A stretch of 64,000 bases of DNA from Chitinophaga pinensis. Its GTDB lineage: Bacteria > Bacteroidota > Bacteroidia > NS11-12g > UBA9320. The translations under genes and the position numbers were made by a program. The notes beneath the pieces were generated by a model. It was not told where the DNA came from and did not search any database. It saw only the letters and a list, made by a program, of their open reading frames with translations. Below, piece by piece: positions 52,521 to 62,655 of the stretch (position 1 is the stretch's first letter; each line of letters begins with the position of its first letter). Where the stretch lies: assembly GCA_945889315.1 (NCBI GenBank), contig CAMDBP010000001.1, positions 45,005 to 109,004 of the forward strand, given 5' to 3'.

Positions 52521-55334
52521 TTATAATTTAAAGCTAACGCCGAATAGTATTTGTCTAGGAGCGGTATAACGAGCAGGATTGTTAGGAGGTGTCCCGCTTT
52601 CCTCTGGTCCAAGGTAGCGATCATCTCGCTGGTTATTAGGCAAATCGTCTCCTGGTTCCCAAGCTCTGCCTGTCACGGGATTAATAACCTGCGCATTTTT
52701 ATAGTTAAATAAATTTCTTGCTTCCACACTCAGTGTAACCCCTTTACCCTTTCCTTGTGCAAATGTCTTTGTGACTTTAATATCACTGTTTATCCATGGC
52801 GTAGCTCGTTCAGCTAAATAATTATTCAGATCTGAAACATACAGCGGTCTACCTAAATCATTATATCCTTCTAAAAGCATTGGTGTATATCTAAATCCAC
52901 TCTGGTACGATGAGCTAAAGTAGATTTGCGTTCCTTTCATCCATTTTCGATAGATGCTTAAATTAGTATCTGGGGCAAAGACCACCCCAAGATTAATATT
53001 CCAAGGTCTGTCCCAAGCCAAGTACTGCTCTGTGCTTAACGGTACTTCCCCATTTTGCTCTATTTGCAAACTGCTTTCTCTCGCACTGTTACTTTTACCT
53101 TTGGCGAGCTGATAGGCAACGTTGGTAAACGTTCGCAAGTAGGACGTCATTCGCCAGATAACATTAGCCTCGGCACCTTGCACTTTCGCATAATCCTGGT
53201 TAATGTACATGGTCTTGCTTACTGGTCTTCCCGTTTGATCCGTTACAATAACCTTGCGGCTTACGATGTAGTCAAAACGATTGTTATTATAGGCTGATAA
53301 TGTTAGGCCTAAATTTTTCTTAATCTGAGATTTAAAGCCTATTTCGTATGCTACATTTACCTCTGGATTTAAGTCTGGATTACCCAAAAACGAAAGAAAA
53401 CTTCTATCCTGATACTCTGGATCTAGGCCTGCATATACAAAACGAGGATGCGGTAAACGCATACTATGGCTATAGTTAAAGTACAGCACGTTATTATTGG
53501 TTACCGGAAACGACACATTTATTTTAGGCAATATTCTAGCCTTATAACGAAGTCCAAATACCTTCACTGTATGGCTTTTGTAGTCTTCCCTTACTTGATT
53601 GATAACAGGTGCAGTTGGATTATTAACCGCATCATCCGCAAACTTACCCGGCGCCCAATAATTGAAACGCGCTCCTAAATTGGCGATTATCCCTTTGTAT
53701 AGTATTTTATCACTAAAAAATAGACCTCCATTATTTGGTTTTACACGCCAAATGTCATTACTAGAACCAATGCTAATACTCGGAGTACTTATACTATCAT
53801 TGATTTGTATAGGTGCCCCAACCCAAGGTCTTGTCACATCTACCCACTGATATTCATTGAGCTTATGCTCCCAACCGAAATTCATCTGATGGGTTTTATC
53901 CTTTGGATAATATTTAAAACTCGTTTTAATAGTGTGCTCACTGGCAAAGTGATCGTGCCACGTAGAACTTATACCGCCGTTATTTATTAAACCTGGACCA
54001 GGCAGTACATATTGAATAAAGCCATTGGGGTTAAAAACTTGCACTGGATTCGTTACTATGCTTTGCTCGTCATACACTTGGTCTACTGAATTAGTTCTAA
54101 AAGGTCTTCCGTTGGCATCTGCTCTCAGGTTGGTAAAAAGTCGACCCAAGGTAAGTGTACCGACTAATTTTTCGTTGATGGTGCGTCTTATATTTATAGC
54201 AGTAATATTAGAGGAATGGGTGTAGGTAGTAGCGTTATCTAAATTTAAACTTCTATCAAACTGATAACCTGGTGCTAGAATCGCATCAAATCCCACAATT
54301 TGGAGTGACCGAGTACTTTGATTTACGGTTAAACTGTGTTGGTTGGTTATCGATATTTTCGTTTTTTGATTAAGCTCGTGCGAGAGTTTTAAGGTGTGTG
54401 TAAATTGATTGGATTGTCTTGGCGCCCAAAAACTATCGTTTTCCGTTAGTAATGAACTATGCAACTGCTTTGCAGTAGGACCAAAATAATCGTCGGTAAG
54501 ATTTAGGGTAACATTATTGAAGAAATAAAATTTTCTCTTCTTCACTTTAATTTTACCGCCGAATGAAAATTCGCCTATATCTGTATTCCAACCCGAATTT
54601 GCACTTCCTCCAAGATTATCTCTTTGCCAACTTCCCGCAACTTGAAATTCATCTGAACCTTCTTTGATAGATGTACTAATAACACCAGCTGTACCACCAT
54701 CGTGCTCTGCTCCTGCGCCACCTGTAATCAACTCTAATTCACCTATTGAACCACTGGATACTTGTACCCCGAAGCCAGTACCGGCCAGAGGATCTTGTGC
54801 GCTTATGTTATCTATATTAAAAGAAGTTTCATACACACGAGCTCCTCTAATTTGGATACCATCTGGAGATTTAGATACACCTGCTTGAATCGCAACCACC
54901 TCTTGAACGTCTCGCACATTCATCTCTTCGATGTCTTTTTTGTTTAACGTTATGGTGCTTTTTGCATCATCTAATTCAACAACTTTTTTCTTCCCTACTA
55001 TTTTAACGGTTTCAAAGGAATTGGTTTGCGCCGTCATTTTCACATTGAGTAGCGTTGATTTATCCGCTTGAATCTCTATATCATTATAGATTTTTTGCTG
55101 GTACCCCATAAATGAAATATTTATAGTGTACGACCCTGGTTTTATGCTGGCAATTTTAAAAGATCCATCTGCTTCTGATATGGTTGCTCCATAAGTACCT
55201 ACTATTCTTACATAAGCACCTACCAGCTTTTCACCGCTTTCTTGATCGGTAAGAACCCCTTTAAGCGTGCCGTTTTGAGCAATGCTAAACAGTGTAACTA
55301 ATATGCCTAGTATACTACCAGTTAAACGCTTCAT
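52521..55334 (-). CDS. TonB-dependent outer-membrane receptor with N-terminal carboxypeptidase-regulatory-like (CarbopepD_reg) domain
   Basis: 'GTLKGVLTDQESGEKLVGAYVRIVGTYGATISEADGSFKI...GSYTINISFMGY' is the CarbopepD_reg domain. Plug domain (VKIVGKK...ITLNKKDIEEM...VQEVVAIQAGV). Then a ~600-aa barrel. Confidence 0.8.
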   Translation of the reverse strand: MKRLTGSILGILVTLFSIAQNGTLKGVLTDQESGEKLVGAYVRIVGTYGATISEADGSFKIASIKPGSYTINISFMGYQQKIYNDIEIQADKSTLLNVKMTAQTNSFETVKIVGKKKVVELDDAKSTITLNKKDIEEMNVRDVQEVVAIQAGVSKSPDGIQIRGARVYETSFNIDNISAQDPLAGTGFGVQVSSGSIGELELITGGAGAEHDGGTAGVISTSIKEGSDEFQVAGSWQRDNLGGSANSGWNTDIGEFSFGGKIKVKKRKFYFFNNVTLNLTDDYFGPTAKQLHSSLLTENDSFWAPRQSNQFTHTLKLSHELNQKTKISITNQHSLTVNQSTRSLQIVGFDAILAPGYQFDRSLNLDNATTYTHSSNITAINIRRTINEKLVGTLTLGRLFTNLRADANGRPFRTNSVDQVYDEQSIVTNPVQVFNPNGFIQYVLPGPGLINNGGISSTWHDHFASEHTIKTSFKYYPKDKTHQMNFGWEHKLNEYQWVDVTRPWVGAPIQINDSISTPSISIGSSNDIWRVKPNNGGLFFSDKILYKGIIANLGARFNYWAPGKFADDAVNNPTAPVINQVREDYKSHTVKVFGLRYKARILPKINVSFPVTNNNVLYFNYSHSMRLPHPRFVYAGLDPEYQDRSFLSFLGNPDLNPEVNVAYEIGFKSQIKKNLGLTLSAYNNNRFDYIVSRKVIVTDQTGRPVSKTMYINQDYAKVQGAEANVIWRMTSYLRTFTNVAYQLAKGKSNSARESSLQIEQNGEVPLSTEQYLAWDRPWNINLGVVFAPDTNLSIYRKWMKGTQIYFSSSYQSGFRYTPMLLEGYNDLGRPLYVSDLNNYLAERATPWINSDIKVTKTFAQGKGKGVTLSVEARNLFNYKNAQVINPVTGRAWEPGDDLPNNQRDDRYLGPEESGTPPNNPARYTAPRQILFGVSFKL

Positions 55335-56772
55335 TTAGTATTTTAGAGATTAATTGATTTTGGTTAATACTATTTTTATTAAGCTTATGCAGTTCAACAG
55401 AAAAGAGCACTAAATTCACTTGATTTTTATTATTTCTTCTTCTAATAGCAATGCACCTTGGACCACTCCAGCCACCGCTAGGTGTAAGTTGAGCAGTGTA
55501 AAACACTTCTGCATTTACTCCTGGGTAAAAAGGATCTGCAGCGAGTAGAAAATTAGCAGGTTGTACCACAGGGTATCCGGCATCTTTACTTATCGCAGCA
55601 CTGTCGTTGGTAAAAAAAGCTTGACCTCTAGCCGAGCTAAAACTATCAATTGATAGCACATCTCCAATTATGCTTAAATCGGCTCCGTTAGAGAACGACG
55701 AGGAAACCAGTACTTTTTTATTATTGTCAATTAGTTGTTGAATGACAGGTGCCGCAAAATCCAATAAAGTGCCATCAAGACCAGAGAAAGGATTACTTGT
55801 CGTGCCTTCTTCGGTATGAAAGAAAATTTTATCGTATTCCATTGCAAGAAGTCGGAAGGTAGGATCCCAAAACTTAGGTTGGTATTTGCCGCCATCTCGA
55901 GCATAATCTACTACGTCTAGATTTTTATAATTGGTTGTAATAAGGGCATTGTATATAGCAGACAGACTTTGATTGTGTCCACCTACTGCCAGTAAATCAC
56001 TTGTTTTAGATCTGGTGTAAATATTTATGGTACTATCTACTTTACTTTCTGAATTAGCAATGTCGGATACTTTAAGTTGGATTATATTATTCCCCCCATT
56101 TACAAAACCATCAATAATAATCCTGGCATTTTTTTCAATTCCGTAATACAGTTTCGCATTGCCTTTGCCTAAAGCAGAGGTGTTTTCTGCGATGAGTGAA
56201 ATTAATTTTTGATTGAGATCAATCTCAGACCACGCTCCGTCATTGGCGCGTATAAAGCCTTTTTTTAGCGTAGCATCTCCATCTGGATCACTGGCACGGT
56301 AGCGAAAAGATATAACTAGATTTGTAGTGTCCTCAGTTACACTTGCTTTGTCAAATGACACTACAGGAGGACTATTTTTAAGTGGCACTTTTATGAAAGC
56401 AGGAGTCGGATCAGCAACGTTTTCATCGTCCACCGCTCTCACGTAAAACTCAATATCTGTTGAGTCTGCGTCTGGATTAATATCAAATAAAAATGTACTA
56501 TCTTGTGATTGAGTTTTAAACCACTCACCTTCATTTATTTTGATTTCGTAATGCTGAACGTAGCCATCTACATCTGTACCAAACCATGTGAGGTTAACTG
56601 TGCTATTTAGCCGTTTGTCTCCAGAAAGGTTTATGTTTTCTACAGATAATTTAGTTTCGGGAGCCATGTTTGGCAACTCCTCTCCCGTTTTACAGGAAAA
56701 AGTAAAAACAAGAAGACCGAGCACGAAAGTGCTCAGTCCTTTTGTTGAATAAGATAAGATACTATTTATCAT
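55315..56772 (-). CDS. Hypothetical lipoprotein (485 aa) in the T9SS-cargo / TonB-receptor operon
   Basis: Lipobox LVFTFSC. No recognizable catalytic motifs. 1-nt TAATG overlap with the upstream gene and 20-nt overlap with the TonB receptor start. Confidence 0.5.
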   Translation of the reverse strand: MINSILSYSTKGLSTFVLGLLVFTFSCKTGEELPNMAPETKLSVENINLSGDKRLNSTVNLTWFGTDVDGYVQHYEIKINEGEWFKTQSQDSTFLFDINPDADSTDIEFYVRAVDDENVADPTPAFIKVPLKNSPPVVSFDKASVTEDTTNLVISFRYRASDPDGDATLKKGFIRANDGAWSEIDLNQKLISLIAENTSALGKGNAKLYYGIEKNARIIIDGFVNGGNNIIQLKVSDIANSESKVDSTINIYTRSKTSDLLAVGGHNQSLSAIYNALITTNYKNLDVVDYARDGGKYQPKFWDPTFRLLAMEYDKIFFHTEEGTTSNPFSGLDGTLLDFAAPVIQQLIDNNKKVLVSSSFSNGADLSIIGDVLSIDSFSSARGQAFFTNDSAAISKDAGYPVVQPANFLLAADPFYPGVNAEVFYTAQLTPSGGWSGPRCIAIRRRNNKNQVNLVLFSVELHKLNKNSINQNQLISKILNEAFNW

Positions 56773-58985
56773 TAAATTTTCACAAACTTAGCAGAAGCTC
56801 TCTGCCCAGTTGCGTTGGTATATTCTAGGAAATAAACACCACATAATAATGAACTTATATTCACAGAGGTGCTCCCAAGTATTTCAGTTTGACTCACTAA
56901 TCTTCCTTCAAGACTGCGTATTGCAAGTGTGCCATGACCATTGTTTCCTATCTGAATAGTTAACACATTATTCGCAGGATTTGGGTAAAAAGAAACACCT
57001 AAATCGGTAAGTTCTACAACGCTATTTTTAGCGGTATCGCTCGCATATTTTGCAGGTGCTAATGTTTGGCTAAAACCTATGATATCGTTGTTATTTCTTG
57101 GCTTAAGTGCAAATTGGCTGAATCCATAATAAATCACTCCAACCATAGCGTCCATATCCATGTCTTTGGTAGCTTCCACTGCTGCTACTTCCATGATACC
57201 ATCTATGTTAGCAAAAGTATCGTTAGACACTAAAGACACCCAAAGTGAAGAATTATTGTTGCTGTTTTTTACACCGGATTGAACCTTAGTACTATTGGCA
57301 AAATTAGCTGCAGTATCATTAGAGATCATGAACTCACCAAATGGATTTAAACGTGGGTTAGCTATTTTTACTTTACCTCCTGCATTAACCATTTTTACCA
57401 GCATAGATTCGTATTTTTCCATTCCTCCATTTGCTCTTCCTGTACTATCGCTTACGGGTAATTCTAAAGGTGCTACGTCAAATGTTTTACCTGTTTTGGA
57501 TACTGAAGTTACTTCTAGTTGGGTGTTTCCGAAGGATTCTACCACTTTACCAGTTACCTGAACCTCTTCGGTTCTCCACAAGTCTAACAAGTCAGCGTTA
57601 CCTGTTAATTTTATCCCTGCAAACTCTGTTGCGTCTTTATCTTGAATATAAATATCTTCTAGGTCGTAAGGCTTAGCGCTGGCGATAACATAGCCTTTTA
57701 CGGTAACTGTTTGATCTTTATACGGACTCGCATCTTGAAGCGGGTTTAATACTTTTTGAAGGTCAACAATACTTAAGCCATTATCTCTAACGGTATAAAA
57801 AGAGGTTGAACCCGATGCTTTTGCTGCACTAAAAGGTTCGTAGCTTTTATTACCATCGTTATCATCGGCAGTGATGTAGTATCTAACTATTGTACCATCT
57901 GCAAAAGCTGGAATTGTCGCTTGAAATTCATCTGTTGAACCGGACTTTAATGTCATCGATACTGAAGTAAAAGCAGTATTATCCTGATTTAAGTTTGTTG
58001 AGTAAAATAATTTTTGGTCTACTACAGTACCATTAAAATCAACAATTTTAGCTGTAAGCGTTACCACATTACCGCTAGCAGGAACCAATGGACTTCTGCT
58101 TACTTGTGTAATACTTGGAGGTGTATCTCCTACTTTGTAATGACTAGCCAAAAATGGATTTAATTCATACCCTCTACCTGTTCCACCTGAACAACCATTT
58201 TGTGAATGAAGTACAATTCCTGACAAAGACTCGTATTTAGTACCTACAACCGGCGGTACAAATTGTCCTTTAGACTGAGGAGAGGAAACATTTAGTGCAG
58301 TCCAACTTGCTTGTTTTTGAGCAATAAATCTATCCGAAACGTTAATTAAATTGCCGTTAACATCACTCACATCAAAACTAACTCTATTGCCACTAAATAT
58401 AGAAACCGCAACAACGGTTACGTTTTCAAAGGTCACTAAAGAACCTTCATATTCTTCTCCCGTAGTGTATACATTACTTCTTGAGTTATCATTTAGTATG
58501 CCCAAGTTGATCACTTTTGGTGTAGGGGCTGAGGTTGTTCCTATAACCGTTACCGATGAGTTATCTTTAGGATAGATTTGTGTTTCACCGCTAAAGTTAT
58601 TTACCGTTCCTACGATTTCTACAATCATACCTGCAACTAGATTATTAAGCGCTGTTACGGGTTGAGTGAGTTGTCCTGAGTATACCCCGTGAATCTGAAT
58701 TCCTGCAAAATTTCCCATTACGCCGCCAGCAGCGGTATCCATAATGTGAACACCAGGTCTATATCCACCTGTTACTGATCCAGAAGCCAACTCCGTAAGA
58801 CCCCCATCGTGCATCACTACACCAACAGTTTTAACTACTTGGTTGTTATACGCACTTAAATCTTTACAACTTGCTAAGTCACTAGGACTTACATACTGTA
58901 TATCGTGCACCGATAAAGCCGTTTGAGCAGACGCAAATAGGATACTGAATATTCCCAATGCTAGTGTTAGAACTTGTTTTTTCAT
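56772..58985 (-). CDS. T9SS type-A sorting-domain protein (737 aa), function unknown
   Basis: Signal peptide. N-terminal 'SVHDIQYVSPSDL' region. C-terminus 'SFYPNPANNVLTIQIGNNGHGTLAIRSLEGRLVSQTEI...LCGVYFLEYTNATGQRASAKFVKI' is the type-A CTD. Confidence 0.7.
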   Translation of the reverse strand: MKKQVLTLALGIFSILFASAQTALSVHDIQYVSPSDLASCKDLSAYNNQVVKTVGVVMHDGGLTELASGSVTGGYRPGVHIMDTAAGGVMGNFAGIQIHGVYSGQLTQPVTALNNLVAGMIVEIVGTVNNFSGETQIYPKDNSSVTVIGTTSAPTPKVINLGILNDNSRSNVYTTGEEYEGSLVTFENVTVVAVSIFSGNRVSFDVSDVNGNLINVSDRFIAQKQASWTALNVSSPQSKGQFVPPVVGTKYESLSGIVLHSQNGCSGGTGRGYELNPFLASHYKVGDTPPSITQVSRSPLVPASGNVVTLTAKIVDFNGTVVDQKLFYSTNLNQDNTAFTSVSMTLKSGSTDEFQATIPAFADGTIVRYYITADDNDGNKSYEPFSAAKASGSTSFYTVRDNGLSIVDLQKVLNPLQDASPYKDQTVTVKGYVIASAKPYDLEDIYIQDKDATEFAGIKLTGNADLLDLWRTEEVQVTGKVVESFGNTQLEVTSVSKTGKTFDVAPLELPVSDSTGRANGGMEKYESMLVKMVNAGGKVKIANPRLNPFGEFMISNDTAANFANSTKVQSGVKNSNNNSSLWVSLVSNDTFANIDGIMEVAAVEATKDMDMDAMVGVIYYGFSQFALKPRNNNDIIGFSQTLAPAKYASDTAKNSVVELTDLGVSFYPNPANNVLTIQIGNNGHGTLAIRSLEGRLVSQTEILGSTSVNISSLLCGVYFLEYTNATGQRASAKFVKI

Positions 58986-59004
58986 TTTATTCTTTTTTAA
59001 TTCT

Positions 59005-61128
59005 TTATTTTATTATGGCAAATTTGCTTTTGTACAACTTGCCTGTGTCTAAATCTTTTACGGTAAAGATATATAACCCTCGGGCTATAATTTGTGTGTT
59101 CTCTGTAAGCAAGTCCCATGCATGCTCTCCTCCTGCAAATACATTTTGGTCTGCATTCTCAGCTCCAAAAGTTTGATTCCAGCGGATATCGCTGCCATCG
59201 TATTGAGCATTGTGTGTTATCTTATCTAAAAAATCTCCTGCCGCTGTGTAAACATATATTTCACAATTAGCGGGTAGATTAGCAAAGTATAACTTACGAC
59301 TTTGTTCTTGAAATGAACTTTTACCTTCCCAACTTGCTCCTGCTATGTAGGGGTTGGGATATGCATATGGTTCATTCATACTTAAGTTCTTATTAGCTGG
59401 CTTCCCAGCGTAGGCTCTATAATTATTCGCAAGCGGACTACTTTCTAAACTCTCTAAGTTACTTGCCGCGTTTCCTCTATCAAAAGCGGTTACCGATATC
59501 GCGTATTGCCAACCGTTTAACACATTATTAATGGTGTATTTATACCAATATTCGGTATCATCTCCTTCAAACTTAAAAGGCTGATCTAGTCTTACTGCAC
59601 CAAATCCTGTTTCGTAATCGTAGCCATTAGCAGCAATATCATATTCCGCTATTTTCACCAAGTCGCGTTGTAAGTTAGGAACAGTGCTTACATCAAAACC
59701 TAACTTAGTCATATATACTCTGTACCCTTCAAAATCCATGGTTTGACTTATAGGGTCAATACTAGATTCTGCATTCTGTGACCAATAAATCTCTATTTTA
59801 TTTTCGGACGTTACTACCTTAGTTTCTGGAATCTCTGGTGGAGCGGGAAGTATGAAGCGCGTAAGTTTTCCATTGCCGTCTAAATCTTCACCAGCATCTA
59901 AAAGCCCATTTGCATTAATATCTTCACCATTATAAGCGGTTTGCGCCCAAGAAGCATTGCCCAAGAAAATACTTTGTTGTTGTAAATTATTGGCACTATT
60001 GGGATTGCCATCTTGTTTCTTTCTGCCAAAAATGAAGGCATAACTAACCTTTATCTTTTCTCCAGGTTTGAAATCTCTAAATGGACCAACGGAAACTAAA
60101 TCTGAACGATTACCTGCTTCGTTCAACTGCTGCTGATAACTTTTAGTTCCGCAACTTGAATTAGTAGTGTTATTCTGATCCCAACAGGGGTGCTGGTTTA
60201 ATCCTCGGGTTAATTTTTGATACCGAGTGTTATCGTTGGTAGGTTGGAAGTATATAGGATCTGTGGTACTATTAAACTGCCAAGCGTTGTAATTAGCCTT
60301 AAATGAAGCTGCAGTAGAAGGATGATGAAAGCCATTTTTATCTTCTGCACCTAAAAATTTTTGTCCCACATAGCTATCGGTAAAACCAACATCCCCCGCA
60401 TTATCGTAACAGTAGGCCATTTGTAAGCTATCCAAATAACCATTACCCCCTTTATTATAGAAAGAGGCACCGCCACTTCCCGCAGGAGTAATATTGATGT
60501 TTCGAACAACGGTATTAGACCATAGACCAAAAAAAGCACTGTCTATGGTGTTCGTACCGATATTTTCTAGTTCATAATCTAAAATAACAAAAAAATCACT
60601 GAAGCTGTAATTCCAATTATATGACTTTGCGGTTATTTGAACAAAAAGAGGATCGAGATGTGCTCCTATTTGAGTGTTCGTACCTGGCACTTTTACATTT
60701 TTATCAGAAAATGAGGCTACAAAATCTTGGTGAGAAACCGCGGATGTATTGTAATAGGGACTATTTCGAAGTGATGAGATTTCTTTAAGTGTAGCTCCTT
60801 GTTCCGGATAAAACTCAAATCCGGCAGAACCCGTACTGTATCCTTGGGGAGCATCTACTGCTGCCGTGCTAACTGCCACGGTAGATCCATTTATTAATCC
60901 GCCAAACCAAATGCCACTTTCAAAAAGATGTTCTACGCCACTTCCTGCGGGATATTCGCCAGAAGGGTTACCCGAACCATCGCGATAACCTCGAAATGCA
61001 TTGCCAAACGTACCTGAGTTGGACACATTTAGACGTACATTGGAGGCAGTGGTAGTTTTCTCACTAAAGGTTTGCGCAGATACACAAAATGAAAACAAGA
61101 GGGAAACTATAAAAGCACTTAACTTCAT
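59005..61128 (-). CDS. T9SS C-terminal sorting-domain protein (707 aa) with a Ca-binding-like Asp/Gly loop, function unknown
   Basis: Signal peptide. 'DINANGLLDAGEDLDGNGKLT' (EF-hand/dockerin-like loop). C-terminus 'YAYPNPYIAG...CEIYVYTAAGDFLDKI...GLYIFTVKDLDTGKLYKSKFAIIK' resembles the type-A CTD. Confidence 0.6.
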   Translation of the reverse strand: MKLSAFIVSLLFSFCVSAQTFSEKTTTASNVRLNVSNSGTFGNAFRGYRDGSGNPSGEYPAGSGVEHLFESGIWFGGLINGSTVAVSTAAVDAPQGYSTGSAGFEFYPEQGATLKEISSLRNSPYYNTSAVSHQDFVASFSDKNVKVPGTNTQIGAHLDPLFVQITAKSYNWNYSFSDFFVILDYELENIGTNTIDSAFFGLWSNTVVRNINITPAGSGGASFYNKGGNGYLDSLQMAYCYDNAGDVGFTDSYVGQKFLGAEDKNGFHHPSTAASFKANYNAWQFNSTTDPIYFQPTNDNTRYQKLTRGLNQHPCWDQNNTTNSSCGTKSYQQQLNEAGNRSDLVSVGPFRDFKPGEKIKVSYAFIFGRKKQDGNPNSANNLQQQSIFLGNASWAQTAYNGEDINANGLLDAGEDLDGNGKLTRFILPAPPEIPETKVVTSENKIEIYWSQNAESSIDPISQTMDFEGYRVYMTKLGFDVSTVPNLQRDLVKIAEYDIAANGYDYETGFGAVRLDQPFKFEGDDTEYWYKYTINNVLNGWQYAISVTAFDRGNAASNLESLESSPLANNYRAYAGKPANKNLSMNEPYAYPNPYIAGASWEGKSSFQEQSRKLYFANLPANCEIYVYTAAGDFLDKITHNAQYDGSDIRWNQTFGAENADQNVFAGGEHAWDLLTENTQIIARGLYIFTVKDLDTGKLYKSKFAIIK

Positions 61129-61181
61129 GTATTAAAGTTGCAAATATAAGAGGTGAACTGTAGTCTCGTGTAACCCTATCA

Positions 61182-61862
61182 TTAAACTTTAGGCTTGGGT
61201 TTTGTCACAAAAACTGATTTAATATAATTGGGCTCATAATACGCCACACTCTCTAGCTCACCCGCTTCCCACTTTTTAAGGGCTTCAGGAAGTAAATCTC
61301 GAGCATAAATACCTGTAAGTGAATTAATTAAAATGTTTTCAGGATTAAATTCTTGAACCCATTTTAAAGCTCCAGATCCACAAGCAATTGTCTCTCCATG
61401 GGTATAATCAAACGCTAGTTGAGCATCTATTGTGATAAACTGCTCATCAGCAATAGAATTTAGTTTTTTATCAAATACGCCCAAATAGGCATCCATTCTA
61501 CGTGCATCTATCAATGAGATAAAACGATCCGCTTTAGGAAATTCTAATTGAGCTGAAGCTGCAAAAGCGGCTAATGTAGAGCATGCAATAAGTGGTAAAT
61601 CTGACCCGAAACAAAGGCCTTTGGCCAAACTGCACCCAATACGCAATCCGGTATAAGAACCAGGGCCTCCACCAATAACAATTGCATCGAGTTCAGTTAT
61701 TTTTATCCCACTTTCTTTTAAAACCTCACTTACAAATTGTGCTAAATAAATAGAATGTGAGTTGGGTTCTTGAATAGATTTTTCAGCCATAATCTGATTG
61801 CCATTAGACACCGCAGCTGAGCAAATATCCCCAGAAGATTCTATCAAAATAAATTTAGGCAC
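61182..61862 (-). CDS. tsaB: tRNA threonylcarbamoyladenosine biosynthesis protein TsaB (YeaZ)
   Basis: 'ILIESSGDICSAAV', 'ELDAIVIGGGPGSYTGLRIGCSLAKGL', 'LIDARRMDAYLG'. About 225 aa, the inactive Kae1/TsaD paralog. Confidence 0.85.
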   Translation of the reverse strand: MPKFILIESSGDICSAAVSNGNQIMAEKSIQEPNSHSIYLAQFVSEVLKESGIKITELDAIVIGGGPGSYTGLRIGCSLAKGLCFGSDLPLIACSTLAAFAASAQLEFPKADRFISLIDARRMDAYLGVFDKKLNSIADEQFITIDAQLAFDYTHGETIACGSGALKWVQEFNPENILINSLTGIYARDLLPEALKKWEAGELESVAYYEPNYIKSVFVTKPKPKV

Positions 61863-61883
61863 TTAATGACTTAATTAGCTGAT

Positions 61884-62366
61884 TTATAGCGATTTTACTC
61901 TTTTAAACGCCCAAGATTTTTCAAAAGGAACTTGCCATCTTGTACGTAAATCAGAAAGCACTCCCAGCGTATTATCTAGAAACGTAGAATTAGCATGAAT
62001 AATACCTACACGAAATGCTTGTGTTATCTCCGAAAGCTGCACTAAGCGAATCTTATCGTCTTCTAAGAAGGTGAGATTCATTCTGTTAAAAAGATCCAAG
62101 TTCATCTCCTTATCAATTTGTCTAAATATTGCAGAAGTCTGATCTATGCTGCACCCCGACGCTAATTCTATCTCCTCATCTACCCCTAATACCAAGAGTT
62201 GGTTGTGAAAAATAGCAAATTCAGCTGTAAGTTGATTACCATGAGCTGCCCAGTTTTTGCAAAATATAGAAAGCCTTTCTTCTATGATTAATGATTCTGC
62301 TGATGTAAGAGGTCTATTGGCTACATAAATCCAAATTCGTCCATTTCCTGTAAGTCTTGGGAACAT
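61884..62366 (-). CDS. Hypothetical protein (160 aa), conserved-looking, upstream of tsaB
   Basis: 160 aa, no TM, no recognizable motif. Same strand as tsaB with a 21-nt gap. Confidence 0.4.
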   Translation of the reverse strand: MFPRLTGNGRIWIYVANRPLTSAESLIIEERLSIFCKNWAAHGNQLTAEFAIFHNQLLVLGVDEEIELASGCSIDQTSAIFRQIDKEMNLDLFNRMNLTFLEDDKIRLVQLSEITQAFRVGIIHANSTFLDNTLGVLSDLRTRWQVPFEKSWAFKRVKSL

Positions 62367-62655
62367 GGTGCGAAGATAGCGGGAAACCTATGCAACTAGC
62401 AAATGAAAAAGTTGGTTACAATCCCCCATTAGAACGTTACAAAAGTTTTACCTCTATAAGAGTTCCCCAAAAACAGGCTGATAGATAAAAAATGTTATTC
62501 ATTTAATTTTAAATGTATTTCAAATGACCAATCTGATTCTCTAAAAGCCTCATATCCTTATAGTATATTTTACCACAAGTTATTTCGATTTTTCTTTTTC
62601 TTTTCAATTTGGTATGTATATTCGTTTCTAATGTGAACCGCTTTTTTAACTAAAA

